DNA of 64,000 nt. Origin: an uncultured Pseudomonadales bacterium. Lineage in GTDB: Bacteria > Patescibacteriota > Microgenomatia > UBA1400 > MFAQ01. Position 1 is the first letter of the stretch. Every line of letters starts with the position of its first letter. Of this stretch, positions 1 to 10,107 are shown in pieces. The notes beneath the pieces are model-generated. The model worked only from the letters and a program-made list of their open reading frames with translations, did no database searches and was not told the origin of the DNA. Where the stretch lies: positions 3,573 through 67,572 of the forward strand of contig CAYTOI010000001.1 of assembly GCA_964439805.1 (NCBI GenBank), given 5' to 3'. A program made the position numbers and the translations under genes.

Positions 1-169
1 CTTTTTACTTGAATTTCTTTTTTAAGCCTTGTTTGCCACTCCAAAGGTATCTCAATATTTTTCAACACATTAATATCAACCTCAATTTTTATTAGGCTTC
101 TCAGTAACTTATTGGAAATCTCAAACTTAGGTAAAAACACTTAACTATTATTGCATTTTATGCGGAAAA

Positions 170-1036
170 TCACAATCTACCCAACACCTCTTTATATACA
201 AGAGGTATACACTCTGCCACATCTTGAGCACTAAACATCAAACCCCTCTCGTTCATTAATTTTTTTCCAGCAAGTTTCACCAAGTGTGAAGCAAATGAAA
301 CTGCCAAAACTGGTTCATCCTTAGCCAAAAACCCTAGTATTAGCCCGGCTGTAACATCCCCAACGCCACCCTTTACCAAACCATCACTACCACCCTCAAT
401 TATTACGACTCGGTCACCACTACCAACAATAGAAACTTCATCTTTTATCAAAATTATTACTTCATATTTTTTTGCCAAACTCATCAACATCTCAGCTCTC
501 TCATTGAGATCTTTAGGTTGTTTAACACCAAAAAGCATCTCAAACTCTTTACTATTAGGAGTCAATATTGCCCCTTTTGGAATCTCACCTATAGTTAGCA
601 CCTGTAACGCACCTCCATCCACAATCCATCTTTTATCAGGAAATTTTTTAAACAAAGAAAGTACCATGTCTCTAGTTTTTTGTCCTTCATCATCACATAC
701 AAATCCGTGCTCTTTAACATGGCTTCTCATCATTCCAGGACCAACTAATACCGCATCAGACTTAGCCACATAACCCTCAACATCATCTTCAGGTATCCAC
801 ACAAAAGCTTGAAGTTCAGATTTTATTTTACTTACTGCCTCAAAATCATCTTTTGGACTAGCAAAATAAACCATGCTCACCACTCTACTGCAAGCCTTTA
901 AAGCCATAATTGGTGCTCCGTGGAACAAACTGCTTCCCCCAACAATGGTTACCTGCCCGCCAGAAAACTTACTTGCCGTATCAGCAAAAGTATTAGACTT
1001 CAAAAACCAATTCTCCTCAAATTTCTCTATTATCAC
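170..1036 (-). CDS. NAD(P)H-hydrate dehydratase (YjeF C-terminal, carbohydrate-kinase-like domain)
   Basis: 288 aa; motifs GGSSLFHGAP, VDGGAL, GDVTAGLI typical of YjeF-C/Nnr dehydratase family. Confidence 0.7.
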   Translation of the reverse strand: MIIEKFEENWFLKSNTFADTASKFSGGQVTIVGGSSLFHGAPIMALKACSRVVSMVYFASPKDDFEAVSKIKSELQAFVWIPEDDVEGYVAKSDAVLVGPGMMRSHVKEHGFVCDDEGQKTRDMVLSLFKKFPDKRWIVDGGALQVLTIGEIPKGAILTPNSKEFEMLFGVKQPKDLNERAEMLMSLAKKYEVIILIKDEVSIVGSGDRVVIIEGGSDGLVKGGVGDVTAGLILGFLAKDEPVLAVSFASHLVKLAGKKLMNERGLMFSAQDVAECIPLVYKEVLGRL

Positions 1037-1062
1037 TTCTATATTCTATATCAACACATTAT

Positions 1063-1095
1063 TTTGAGTTTTTGGTTTTTTGAATTTTTGAGTTT
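1063..1095. repeat. degenerate copy of the 8-bp tandem repeat (TTGAGTTT/CTTGAGTT)n, intergenic upstream of 1108 ORF
   Basis: attttgagtttttggttttttgaatttttgagtttt seen directly; related to the copies at 2854, 4973, 36257 etc. Confidence 0.4.
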
Positions 1096-1107
1096 TATAA
1101 TATATCT

Positions 1108-1368
1108 ATGACAAAAAAGAAAACCCCTAAACAAGTTCATCTCAAAATACTAGCTCAAACACTTACTTTAGCCACTACTTCCCTAGGTTTAGTGGCCGCC
1201 TTAGCTTGGAACGAAGCCATTACTGAATACGTCAATGTCTACATCAAGCCATACTTTGCCAAAGGTTCAGGAGTTCTCTCTCTTTTTATCTACGCACTAT
1301 TAATTACTATTTTTACGGTCTTCGTTTCTTATCAGCTCACCAAAATCAGCAAAAAAATCGTCAAGTAA
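1108..1368 (+). CDS. small hypothetical membrane protein
   Basis: 86 aa ORF with two hydrophobic segments; no recognisable motif. Confidence 0.35.
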   Translation: MTKKKTPKQVHLKILAQTLTLATTSLGLVAALAWNEAITEYVNVYIKPYFAKGSGVLSLFIYALLITIFTVFVSYQLTKISKKIVK

Positions 1369-2413
1369 GATCCACCCTCTTTGCCTGCTTAAACATTTCT
1401 GCGTCTCCCAAATCAGCTGTTGTCACAATTACTTGTCTACCTTCGGTAACCCTCAATACTTCTTGCTTGTGGACTTCATCTAGTTCCGAAAAAATATCAT
1501 CAAGCAGTAGCAGTGCTTTTTTACCACCCTTTTCTTCAATAAAATAAATTTCACCCATTTTCATAGCAAGTACTGCCATTCTTTGCTCTCCACGAGATCC
1601 AAAAGTAGAAAGATTTCTACCATTCTCATTTACTATCAAATCATCTTTGTGTGGCCCCACCAGAGTGTATCCTACTGCCACTTCAGCATCTTTATACTGT
1701 AAAAGTCGAGACTCACTAATAGGGCTCATTTCATAAACCAGTTTTACATTTTTAAATAGCTCACTCCGTGCAAACAAATCATTTATATACTGCACCAATT
1801 CTTGTCTTTTTACAGTTACCGCGTTTCCATGCTTTATGAGTAGTGAGTCCCAAAAGGTCAACGCGTGTCTAGTAGCCGACCCATCTCTAATAGCATCCAG
1901 AATTTTATTTCTTCTTCTTAAAGCCTGTTCATATGTGGAAAGATTGTTTTCGTATATTTTATCCACCTGAACCAAAAGCCTATCCATAAATTTTCTTCGA
2001 ACATCAGCTGATCCACTAACAAGCTCAACGTCTTCAGGGCGAAATATAACTACCGGCACAAGCCCCAACAAATCTTTTCTTCTACGAGACACACCGTCAA
2101 TTAAATATTTTCTTTTATTGACTACCTTGCCCATTACCACCCCACCATTTACCATTACTTCTATTTCTTGAGTATCTCCATTTTCCCAATCAATATTTGC
2201 TTTTACTTTTCCCAGCTCAGTCCCAAACCTTACCATTTCTTCAGTGCGACGGGCTCTAAAGCTTTCTCCAATACTCATAAGATATACAGCTTCCAAAATA
2301 TTGGTTTTCCCTTTGGCATTTTCTCCAAAAATTACATTCACTCCACCATCAAATTCCAGTTTCTTATCTTCGTAATTTCTAAAGTCCGTTAGCTGTAAAT
2401 TTCTTATTCCCAC
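1361..2413 (-). CDS. recF: DNA replication and repair protein RecF
   Basis: 350 aa; N-terminal Walker A GENAKGKTNILEAV; SMC-like RecF architecture; Walker B LLLLDD. Confidence 0.85.
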   Translation of the reverse strand: MGIRNLQLTDFRNYEDKKLEFDGGVNVIFGENAKGKTNILEAVYLMSIGESFRARRTEEMVRFGTELGKVKANIDWENGDTQEIEVMVNGGVVMGKVVNKRKYLIDGVSRRRKDLLGLVPVVIFRPEDVELVSGSADVRRKFMDRLLVQVDKIYENNLSTYEQALRRRNKILDAIRDGSATRHALTFWDSLLIKHGNAVTVKRQELVQYINDLFARSELFKNVKLVYEMSPISESRLLQYKDAEVAVGYTLVGPHKDDLIVNENGRNLSTFGSRGEQRMAVLAMKMGEIYFIEEKGGKKALLLLDDIFSELDEVHKQEVLRVTEGRQVIVTTADLGDAEMFKQAKRVDLT

Positions 2414-2430
2414 GCCTAAAGTATATCAGT

Positions 2431-3324
2431 TTATTTTTGACAACCAGGGCAATAAAATGTCCCTCTCCCCCCAAGTTTTATTTTTACAATATTTTCTCCA
2501 CAATTTTTACAAGGCTTACCATCCTGTTTATAAGTCAAAAAGAAATTCTGATAAGTTCCTCCCAGACCTTTGGTATCAACATAATTAGCCGCACTTGCTC
2601 CTCCGCTCTTGATTCCCAGATCTATAACAAACTTTATTGCATCTCGCAAATCTTTTACCTCACCCTTGTTCAAAGTATCAGTTCTCCTAGTAGGCAATAT
2701 CTTTGCCATATTCAAGGCATCATTAACATAAATATTCCCCAAGCCACCCATCAGCTGTTGATCAAGTAACACAATTTTTATTGGTCTTTTTATTTTTTTC
2801 AAAACTCCCTCAAAATAACCCAAACTAAACTCCTCATCCACCACATCCGGCACTTGAGTTCTTGATTCCTTGAGTTCTTGAGTTCTAGAAATTATCTTCA
2901 TCCACCCAAAAGCTCTCATGTCATTAAAAAATAGTTTAGATTCATCTTCAAAACCTATCTCCACTCTCGTATGTTTGCTAGGCAATTCATTTACCCAATC
3001 TGCTGTCGGATGCCCACCAACAATTCTCTTCTCAAAATCTTGAATTTTATCAGTTTTTAGTTTTTGAGTTTTTTTAATTTTCTCCAAGAAAATTAACTGT
3101 CCCGTCATTTTAAGATGAACCATTAGCTTCTCGTCAAAATTTTCAAAATCAATATTAATTGTCTTTGCTCTTCTACTTACCTTGAGCACTTTCTTACCTA
3201 TCAAAACTTCCTTATTCCCCAAAAAATTCTTCTCACGATAAACCATAATGCTTCTCACAGCTTTCCCCTTAAGCACTTCATTTAATTGAAGTGAAATTGT
3301 TTCAACTTCTGGTAGCTCTGGCAT
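2431..3324 (-). CDS. mutM: formamidopyrimidine-DNA glycosylase (Fpg/MutM); carries in-frame octamer-repeat insert
   Basis: MPELPEVE N-terminus, H2TH region, C-terminal CxxC...CxxC zinc finger (CKNCGENI...YCPGCQ); insert TQELKESRTQ. Confidence 0.85.
   Translation of the reverse strand: MPELPEVETISLQLNEVLKGKAVRSIMVYREKNFLGNKEVLIGKKVLKVSRRAKTINIDFENFDEKLMVHLKMTGQLIFLEKIKKTQKLKTDKIQDFEKRIVGGHPTADWVNELPSKHTRVEIGFEDESKLFFNDMRAFGWMKIISRTQELKESRTQVPDVVDEEFSLGYFEGVLKKIKRPIKIVLLDQQLMGGLGNIYVNDALNMAKILPTRRTDTLNKGEVKDLRDAIKFVIDLGIKSGGASAANYVDTKGLGGTYQNFFLTYKQDGKPCKNCGENIVKIKLGGRGTFYCPGCQK
2854..2887. repeat. 8-bp tandem repeat (CTTGAGTT/CTTGATTC)x4 in frame inside fpg
   Basis: cttgagttcttgattccttgagttcttgagttct; sense strand AACTCAAG... 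encodes QELKESRTQ. Confidence 0.8.
3051..3082. repeat. degenerate octamer-repeat-like tract inside fpg
   Basis: cagtttttagtttttgagtttttttaatttt; encodes KKTQKLKTDK. Confidence 0.3.
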
Positions 3325-4434
3325 TTATTTTTCTGTCAAAACCCACTTAATGACTTTTTTTATTTCCACCAAAAATCTCTTCTCCGAAAAAAGCATTGCC
3401 CTCTTTTGGAGTTCCAACTTTTTCCAGCTTTTTCTCATTACCCTCTTGACGGCAAGTTGCAATGTTTTCTCCGAGGTATCGTTTACCAAAATACCTGTTA
3501 CTCCATCTATTACCGTCTCCTTAAATCCACCGCCGTTAAAGGCTATTACAGGGGTTCCAGCAGCCATAGATTCTACCGGAGTAATTCCAAAGTCTTCTTC
3601 TTTAGCAAGCGCAATAAACCCCTTAGCTTTTGCATAAAGTTTTGCAAGCTTAGCGTCATTCACCCTACCCAACAGCTCTACCTCCTTGATTTTCAACAAC
3701 TCATTCTTAATATTTGAAAACCCTACTGACTCACCAGAAATTTTCAATTTATACCCAAGTCCAATTACAGCCCTTGCCGCTTCTACAATTCCTTTTGCTC
3801 CCACCAACCTAGACACAATCAAAAAATAATCTTCTTTTTCAACTCCTTTTGCTTTTTGAATAATTTCTTCCACATTTACAGGGGGGTAAACAACTATAGA
3901 ATCTTTTCTATAAAATTTCCAAACTCTTTTCTTTACATTTTCTGAGTTAACTATCCAAAAATCCACCCTCTTAGAGCTCCACAAATCAAATATTCTCAAA
4001 AAATGATTTACTACAACTGCATATACTCGCACAATCCAAAATCTCTGCAAATTGATACTTGTCTCGTAACCATACAAAAATCTTGGTGGAGTGTGGCAAT
4101 AAGCAATCACCTTTGCTTTAGGATTAGTTCTAAACCCCCTCGCAAAAAAAGAGGAACAAGAGGTAATAATTAGGTCATACTCCCGAAGATCAATACTCCA
4201 CCAAACAAGAGGGGCCAAAAACCGAAGAGGACTATACAAATTAAAGTATTTCAACATCCACCCAAAACTACTTTCAACCACATTTCTATCTTTAAACTCC
4301 TTTGCACATTTTGAGTTTCTTAATACAAAAGAAGTATAAATCGGGGCTTCTGGATAAAGATTTGAGATTTGGCGCAACACTCTCTCTGCCCCACCAAACT
4401 CTTTTATATAATCATGAACTATAGCTACTTTCAT
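3325..4434 (-). CDS. glycosyltransferase family 4 (GT-B fold)
   Basis: 369 aa; C-terminal EDFGITPVESMAAGTPVIA motif typical of GT4 retaining glycosyltransferases. Confidence 0.7.
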   Translation of the reverse strand: MKVAIVHDYIKEFGGAERVLRQISNLYPEAPIYTSFVLRNSKCAKEFKDRNVVESSFGWMLKYFNLYSPLRFLAPLVWWSIDLREYDLIITSCSSFFARGFRTNPKAKVIAYCHTPPRFLYGYETSINLQRFWIVRVYAVVVNHFLRIFDLWSSKRVDFWIVNSENVKKRVWKFYRKDSIVVYPPVNVEEIIQKAKGVEKEDYFLIVSRLVGAKGIVEAARAVIGLGYKLKISGESVGFSNIKNELLKIKEVELLGRVNDAKLAKLYAKAKGFIALAKEEDFGITPVESMAAGTPVIAFNGGGFKETVIDGVTGILVNDTSEKTLQLAVKRVMRKSWKKLELQKRAMLFSEKRFLVEIKKVIKWVLTEK

Positions 4435-5372
4435 ACAAATATATCTACGACATCCTTTTCAAATTTTTCCTCAGGCAACCTATTAATGAGACTTTTAAAA
4501 TCTAGTTTTGTTAAAAGAACTACAACTTTAGCTTTATCATAATCAGACAACAGGCACTTTACCCAATCAAACTCCAAGGGAACCTCCCTAAAAATCTCAG
4601 CCAGATGTCTACTCTTAATCCCCATTTCTTTATCATCGAGAAGTAGTTGTCTCGTCCTAGGTTTTATTTTTTCACTTTCAATGTTTTTATATATTTCCTC
4701 TACGGAACCAAAGTCCTTAACCAGCTGAGTAGCAGTCACCTTACCGATACCTTTAACACCAGGAATATTATCAGATGAGTCTCCCATCAATCCTTTTAAG
4801 TCAACTATCTGCATTGGGTCAAGCTCATAAACTTCTTTAAACTTGTCTTCATCAAAAACCACAGACTGTGCATACTTGTTTTGTACTGGCAGGTAGACAA
4901 CTACCCTCTTACCATCGATTAGTTGCAGAGCGTCCCTATCTCCCGTCACTATTATCACCTGAACATCAATATCTTGAGTTCTTGAATCCTTGAGTTCTTG
5001 AGTTCTTTGCGACGCAACCCTAGCAATCGTCCCAATAATGTCATCAGCCTCATAACCCTCAATTCCGTATTGCGGAATGTTTAACGCAGAAACCACTTCC
5101 TTAGTTCGCTCTATTTGAGACACCAAAGATTCATCCATAGGACCTCTTTGGGCTTTATACTCAGCAAATTCTTTCTTTCGAAAAGTAGCACCCTTAACAT
5201 CCCAAGCCACTACTATGTGAGTTGGAGATAGTTTTTCTATAACCGAAAACAATAGAGTCGTAAAACCATAAACTGCGCCCACCAGTTCTCCACTCGGAGT
5301 AGTGAATGGTGGATAAGCATGAAACGCTCTGTGCAAAAGAGCGTTTCCATCTATAAGAATTAGTTTTTTCAT
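4431..5372 (-). CDS. 5'-3' exonuclease (Pol I N-terminal/FEN-like, stand-alone); carries in-frame octamer-repeat insert
   Basis: MKKLILIDGNALLHRAFHA start, GYEADD motif, helix-hairpin-helix region; insert QRTQELKDSRTQD. Confidence 0.75.
   Translation of the reverse strand: MKKLILIDGNALLHRAFHAYPPFTTPSGELVGAVYGFTTLLFSVIEKLSPTHIVVAWDVKGATFRKKEFAEYKAQRGPMDESLVSQIERTKEVVSALNIPQYGIEGYEADDIIGTIARVASQRTQELKDSRTQDIDVQVIIVTGDRDALQLIDGKRVVVYLPVQNKYAQSVVFDEDKFKEVYELDPMQIVDLKGLMGDSSDNIPGVKGIGKVTATQLVKDFGSVEEIYKNIESEKIKPRTRQLLLDDKEMGIKSRHLAEIFREVPLEFDWVKCLLSDYDKAKVVVLLTKLDFKSLINRLPEEKFEKDVVDIFV
4973..5006. repeat. 8-bp tandem repeat x4 in frame inside 5'-3' exonuclease gene
   Basis: cttgagttcttgaatccttgagttcttgagttct. 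Confidence 0.8.
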
Positions 5373-7229
5373 TTATTCGTAAGAACCTTTTTCCATACCT
5401 ACGATTTCTTCAAATTCTTCTTGTTCCAAAGTTTCTATTTCAATTATCTTTTCAGACAGCTTATCCAATACTTTTTTGTGCTTCTTTATAATTTTCTCAG
5501 CCAACTGATAAGCTTCGTCAATTTTTTTCTTAATTTCTTCGTCGACCTTACTTTGCATTGCTTCAGATAGCTTCCCAGACTCTCCATAAGAAAACCCCCA
5601 AGCGTTATTTTCAGTTGTAGAGTTTAGTGAAACAGGTCCCAACACACTCATTCCAAAATCCACTACCATTCGTCTTGCCACCATTGTAGCCCTTTCTATA
5701 TCGTTGCTTGCTCCAGCAGTCAGTTCATTAAAAATTACTTTCTCAGCAGCTCTTCCTGCCAGCATCATGGCCATATCATGTTTCAGTTCACTTTCAGTCT
5801 GTTGGTACTTATCAATCTTTGGCCTGCTCATAGTAAATCCAAGAGCCATTCCCCTAGATACAATACTAATCCTATGAATCGGGTCAGTTCCAGACAAAAG
5901 ATGACCAACGAGTGCATGACCCATTTCGTGATATGCAGTCATTTTTTTCTCCAAATCGCTAGACAACCTTCTTCTTTCTGGTCCCATCTTCACTTTCAGA
6001 CCAGCCTCTTCAATGTCTTTCATGCCAATTTCTTTGTGATCGTCTCTAGCGGCAAGAATTGCAGCCTCATTTAACATGTTCTCTAGGTCAGCCCCAGAAA
6101 AACCAACCGTTCCTTGCGAAACTCTATCCCAATTAACATTTTTACCAAACGGTTTTCCTTTTTTGTGAATTTCCAAAATTTCTTTCCTACCTTTTATGTC
6201 AGGAAGGTCAAGGGTTACTCTTCTGTCAAACCTACCAGGTCGAACCAGTGCGGGGTCCAATACATCAGGCCTATTTGTAGCAGCCATTACTATTACATTT
6301 TCATTTTTGGAAAAACCGTCCATCTCTACCAAAATTTGGTTTAGCGTCTGCTCTCTTTCGTCATGACCTCCCATATTTCCACCAGCACCACGAGTTCTAC
6401 CAATCGCGTCCATTTCATCTATAAAGATAATCGCCGGTGCCGCCTTCTTTGCTGTATCAAACAAGTCTCTAACTCTACTTGCACCTACTCCAACTAGCAT
6501 TTCCATAAATTCAGAACCAGCCATAGAAAAGAAAGGAACTCCTGCCTCACCAGCAACAGCTCTAGCCAGTAGAGTTTTTCCTACACCAGCAGGTCCAGTC
6601 AGAAGAACTCCCTTTGGAGTCCTTGCACCTACATCTAGGTACTTCTTAGGATTTTTCAAAAAGTCTACAACTTCCACCAACTCTTTTTTTGCCTCATCTA
6701 CTCCGGCTACATCTGCAAACTTCACACTTTGCTTTCCTTTTGCAAAAAGCTTTGCCTTACTCTTTCCAATTCCAAACATATCTCCACCACCACCTTGTCT
6801 CTTCATCATATAAAACATCAATATTCCAAAACCAACAATCGGTAAAACCATAGAAATTACATCCCAAAACGCTTTTCCAAAATCTTGAGAGACCACTTCA
6901 ATTTTTACCTTAGACTCATCAACCCCAGCTTTTTGCAATTGATCATAAAAACTAGAGCCTTCCTCTTTTCGGGATACACCAACTGGCTCAGTTCCTTTAT
7001 CATCCTTGGGATAATAAACCATAATGTCATCCCCACGAATTTCCACTCTTTGAATTTGACCTTTTTTTATTTCAGTAACCACCTCAGACAATGACAAATT
7101 TTTTACCAAACCCGTACTTCCCAAAAATAATTTAATTAAACTAGGAACAAATAAAAATACAACCAAAAGCCACATCAAGGCTCTTCTCATATTAAAATTT
7201 ATCTTGAACTCTACTTTTTTTGTTTGCAT
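5373..7229 (-). CDS. ftsH: ATP-dependent zinc metalloprotease FtsH
   Basis: 618 aa; N-terminal TM, AAA+ Walker A GPAGVGKT, second region of homology, HEMGHAL zinc-binding motif; alternative start at internal Met possible. Confidence 0.9.
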   Translation of the reverse strand: MQTKKVEFKINFNMRRALMWLLVVFLFVPSLIKLFLGSTGLVKNLSLSEVVTEIKKGQIQRVEIRGDDIMVYYPKDDKGTEPVGVSRKEEGSSFYDQLQKAGVDESKVKIEVVSQDFGKAFWDVISMVLPIVGFGILMFYMMKRQGGGGDMFGIGKSKAKLFAKGKQSVKFADVAGVDEAKKELVEVVDFLKNPKKYLDVGARTPKGVLLTGPAGVGKTLLARAVAGEAGVPFFSMAGSEFMEMLVGVGASRVRDLFDTAKKAAPAIIFIDEMDAIGRTRGAGGNMGGHDEREQTLNQILVEMDGFSKNENVIVMAATNRPDVLDPALVRPGRFDRRVTLDLPDIKGRKEILEIHKKGKPFGKNVNWDRVSQGTVGFSGADLENMLNEAAILAARDDHKEIGMKDIEEAGLKVKMGPERRRLSSDLEKKMTAYHEMGHALVGHLLSGTDPIHRISIVSRGMALGFTMSRPKIDKYQQTESELKHDMAMMLAGRAAEKVIFNELTAGASNDIERATMVARRMVVDFGMSVLGPVSLNSTTENNAWGFSYGESGKLSEAMQSKVDEEIKKKIDEAYQLAEKIIKKHKKVLDKLSEKIIEIETLEQEEFEEIVGMEKGSYE

Positions 7230-7242
7230 ATTTTGTTGTTTA

Positions 7243-7578
7243 TTATCTTACCACCGAACCTACTTCTACCTCATCTGGCAAAAATATCATCACCGGCTTC
7301 TCTTTGGTATCAGCCATAATCACCATTCCTTCAGAAAATTCTTGACCCATTTTTTTGGGTGTCATGTTTATTATTACTGGCAATTTTTTCCCTACCAAAT
7401 CCTCTGGCTTATACCAAGCTCTAATTCCCGAAAACAAAGTTTTTTTACCAATTTCTTCACCAAAATCTATTACATATTTTATTAGCTTTTCACTCCACTC
7501 TGGTTCAGTAGCTTCTACCACCAAACCAACTCGGATGTCTAGTTTTTCAAAGTCTGTGTAATTTATTAGTTCTTTCAT
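7243..7578 (-). CDS. tRNA-binding domain protein (CsaA/Trbp111-like, OB-fold)
   Basis: 111 aa; LDIRVGLVVEATE motif typical of MetRS C-terminal-like tRNA-binding domain. Confidence 0.6.
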   Translation of the reverse strand: MKELINYTDFEKLDIRVGLVVEATEPEWSEKLIKYVIDFGEEIGKKTLFSGIRAWYKPEDLVGKKLPVIINMTPKKMGQEFSEGMVIMADTKEKPVMIFLPDEVEVGSVVR

Positions 7579-7580
7579 TG

Positions 7581-8579
7581 TTATTTAAAATTTATTTTCA
7601 TAGCAGATTTCATCTCATCCACTATTCCCTCAGCAATCAGGCTCACTTTTTTACTTCCTTCCAAAGCTTTAATCAATAGTTGGTCTTTAATCTTTTCCGC
7701 CTCTTTCCTTTTTTCTCTAATAGGACTCAATACTTCATTCATAGCTACAAAGAGCTTTTCTTTAACTTCTACGTCGCCAACAGTTCCTTTTACATATCTA
7801 TCTTTAAGTTCTGCCACCTCATCTTTATTTTTATTAAACAAATCGTGATACATAAACGCCACATTTCCCTCAATAGTTCCCGGGTCAGTTGCGTGTATCC
7901 TCTTAGGATCTGTAAAAACCTTGAAGATTTTTTCTCTTAAGGTTTTCTCGTCATCAGACAAATAAATTGCGTTATTTAAACTCTTGCCCATTTTTTCATT
8001 TCCATCTATACCTGGCACATTCTTTTCCACTCCCACCAAAGCTTCAGGCTCATGCAACACCTCAACTCCATAAGTAGCATTAAATTTCCTGGCCAACTCT
8101 CTTGCTGTCTCAATCATTGGCAACTGATCCTTACCCACAGGCACTAAGTCAGCATTAACTGCCAAGATATCTCCTACCTGGTGAACTGGGTACATAAAAA
8201 ATCCTAAAGGTGTCGACTGCTCCATCCCTTTTTGAGCCAACTCAGTTTTTATGGTCGGATTATGGCTAATTTGCTGAATTGTTACAAAATTCGATAAATA
8301 GACAAAAATCTCATGAATTTGCTTTACTTCACTCTGAATAAATACCGTTGATTTGTCAAAATCAATTCCTACTGCATAGTAATCGCAAAGCAAATCAAGC
8401 ATACTTTCGGATACTTTACCAGGATTATCAAAATTATCAGTCAGAGCCTGAACGTTTGCTATCAACACATACTGATCATATTCGTCCTGAAGCTTAACCC
8501 TATTCAGCAAAGACCCCAACAGATGGCCAATATGAAGCCTACCTGTAGGTCTATCCCCAGTCAAAATTCTCTTTTTCAT
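7581..8579 (-). CDS. trpS: tryptophan--tRNA ligase
   Basis: 332 aa; HIGH-type motif TGRLHIGH and KMSKS-type motif KMGKS. Confidence 0.9.
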   Translation of the reverse strand: MKKRILTGDRPTGRLHIGHLLGSLLNRVKLQDEYDQYVLIANVQALTDNFDNPGKVSESMLDLLCDYYAVGIDFDKSTVFIQSEVKQIHEIFVYLSNFVTIQQISHNPTIKTELAQKGMEQSTPLGFFMYPVHQVGDILAVNADLVPVGKDQLPMIETARELARKFNATYGVEVLHEPEALVGVEKNVPGIDGNEKMGKSLNNAIYLSDDEKTLREKIFKVFTDPKRIHATDPGTIEGNVAFMYHDLFNKNKDEVAELKDRYVKGTVGDVEVKEKLFVAMNEVLSPIREKRKEAEKIKDQLLIKALEGSKKVSLIAEGIVDEMKSAMKINFK

Positions 8580-8581
8580 AG

Positions 8582-8655
8582 TAGCTGGGGCGAGACTCGA
8601 ACTCGCGCTCTTCGGGATATGAATCCGATGCTTTAACCAACTAAGCTACCCAGCC
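8582..8655 (-). tRNA. tRNA with CAT anticodon (elongator Met most likely; Ile2-lysidine type not excluded)
   Basis: Reverse complement folds as cloverleaf: acceptor GGCTGGG/CCCAGCT (G1-U72), D arm GCTT/AAGC, anticodon arm TCGGA-TTCATAT-CCCGA, T arm GCGAG-TTCGAGT-CTCGC; no encoded CCA. Confidence 0.8.
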
Positions 8656-8738
8656 AAAACTCCTCTTATTTTAGCATTACCCTAGCCTCAATTGCTATTT
8701 GAGTTCACTTCGTGCTAAAATAAGCCTGTTCTCTCTTT

Positions 8739-8809
8739 GCGGGGGGAAGGTAAGTATCTTGTCGGGCTCATAATCCGACTTAACTGGGGGGCGGAGCCTC
8801 AGCCCCGCA
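8739..8809 (+). other. GC-rich tRNA-like structured element (not a canonical tRNA)
   Basis: gcggggggaaggtaagtatcttgtcgggctcataatccgacttaactggggggcggagcctcagccccgca: perfect Met-type anticodon arm TCGGG-CTCATAA-TCCGA, 6-bp acceptor, 5-bp T stem, but D loop lacks GG and T loop is GGCGGAG not TTCRANY. Confidence 0.25.
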
Positions 8810-8812
8810 ACA

Positions 8813-9205
8813 CTATAGACTATTTGGATTAAATCCCAATACTTCAAGCCATTTCTGCCAATTTTTCAATTCTTTTGTTTTTAAATCTAGGCCCATAGTT
8901 TTAGAGCCCGAGCTTGGCATAATTACTACCACCTCACCACTTCTCTGCATGTTCAGCTTCTCCCGAACGAGCCTATCTTTATACTCTTCCGTGCTCACTA
9001 GCCTCAATTTTTCAGTCAAGAGCTGGTTTTTCTCTCTAGTAGCCAATAATCTCTTTTCAGTCTCCTCAATTCTAGAAAAACCTCTCTTTGTCTGCCAAAA
9101 GTCACGCACCATGGACAATATAAGCAGCCACAAAACAACAAGTAAAAGGCTTCTCATCCAGAGATTTTTGCCATCCACAGAACCCCCTTTTTTTGATACT
9201 TGCAT
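8813..9205 (-). CDS. septum formation initiator family protein (FtsB/DivIC-like)
   Basis: 130 aa; single N-terminal TM followed by coiled-coil and STEEYKDRLVREKLNMQRSGEVVV tail resembling FtsB/DivIC. Confidence 0.5.
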   Translation of the reverse strand: MQVSKKGGSVDGKNLWMRSLLLVVLWLLILSMVRDFWQTKRGFSRIEETEKRLLATREKNQLLTEKLRLVSTEEYKDRLVREKLNMQRSGEVVVIMPSSGSKTMGLDLKTKELKNWQKWLEVLGFNPNSL

Positions 9206-9240
9206 TTGGTAGACCTAGAATGTTATAATAAACGCCATAT

Positions 9241-10107
9241 ATGGAACAAAATGCTAAATCAGCTATAAATAGCTTCAAAGAGAACCTTGCCAAGCAAGGC
9301 AGAGCCTCTGCTACTATCTTAGCCTATTCTAAAGATATTGAGCAATTAACTGATTTTATTGGTAAAAGTGGCAAAGCAAGTCTAAAAGACATAACCAAAT
9401 CAGACATTGACTCTTTCAAGGAAGATTTAGCTCAAAAGAACTACACCACCAAGTCCATCTCTCGTAAAATCAACTCCATAAAGAGTTTTTTCAGTTACAT
9501 TCAAATCAATGGTGTTATTGTCGATAATCCAGCTACCGAAGTCACCCACCCTAAATACGACATCAAACCTCCAAGATTGTTAAACAAACTTGAATACAGA
9601 GCCTTAAGAGACGTTTGCAAAGACGATGCTCGTATGGCTGCTATAGTTGAACTCTTGCTTCAAACAGGCATGAGAATCTCCGAACTTGCCAACCTAAAAA
9701 TCAAGGACATCGACAGAACCTCAAACCAAGCCACAATCAGAGCTTTTGAGTCTCATCCAGAAAGATCTATCCCCTTCAACCAACCAGCCATGGAAGCTCT
9801 AGATCGCTACCTTGCCATTAGACCAAAAAGCTCTAATGACAGTGTTTTTATAACCAAAACTGGCAACACCTTCTTAATCCGCAATATCCGTTCAAATTTG
9901 GATCGCTATTTCCACATTGCTGGAATTCAAAACGCCAAAGTTAACGACTTAAGACACACTTTTATTGCTCAACAGCTAACTTCAGGTAGTCCTTTGGTCT
10001 ACATCAGTAAGCTCGTCGGACACAAAAGACTTTCTACAACTGAAAAATACTTGGAGTTTATTTCCGAAAAACCAGCCAAAGATAAGCCAAAACTTATCGA
10101 CCTGTAA
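9241..10107 (+). CDS. tyrosine recombinase, XerC/XerD-type
   Basis: 288 aa; N-terminal SAM-like core-binding domain; catalytic region with LRHTFIAQQL and LVGHKRLSTTEKYL (HxxR and Tyr). Confidence 0.75.
   Translation: MEQNAKSAINSFKENLAKQGRASATILAYSKDIEQLTDFIGKSGKASLKDITKSDIDSFKEDLAQKNYTTKSISRKINSIKSFFSYIQINGVIVDNPATEVTHPKYDIKPPRLLNKLEYRALRDVCKDDARMAAIVELLLQTGMRISELANLKIKDIDRTSNQATIRAFESHPERSIPFNQPAMEALDRYLAIRPKSSNDSVFITKTGNTFLIRNIRSNLDRYFHIAGIQNAKVNDLRHTFIAQQLTSGSPLVYISKLVGHKRLSTTEKYLEFISEKPAKDKPKLIDL

Noticed and set aside
8739-8809. Considered calling the GC-rich element a bona fide second tRNA-Met or initiator tRNA
   Set aside because: Anticodon arm is perfect. However, the D loop has no GG, the T loop (GGCGGAG) lacks the TTCRANY consensus, the acceptor has a G•G at 7-66, and only 2 of 3 initiator G-C pairs are present. 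Kept only as a tRNA-like element.
8700-8812. Possible RNase P RNA or SRP RNA (GUCGGGCUCAUA resembles the RNase P P4-region GUCCGGGCUCCAUAG)
   Set aside because: Only ~157 nt of noncoding sequence is available between the ftsB-like CDS and the tRNA. That is far too short for RNase P RNA. No SRP domain IV motif (GGAAGCAGC with GNRA loop) is present.
8813-9205. Suspected the ftsB-like ORF might be spurious and overlap a structured RNA
   Set aside because: The ORF has a coherent TM + coiled-coil + conserved C-terminal tail typical of FtsB/DivIC and is on the same strand as its neighbours, so it is kept as a real CDS.
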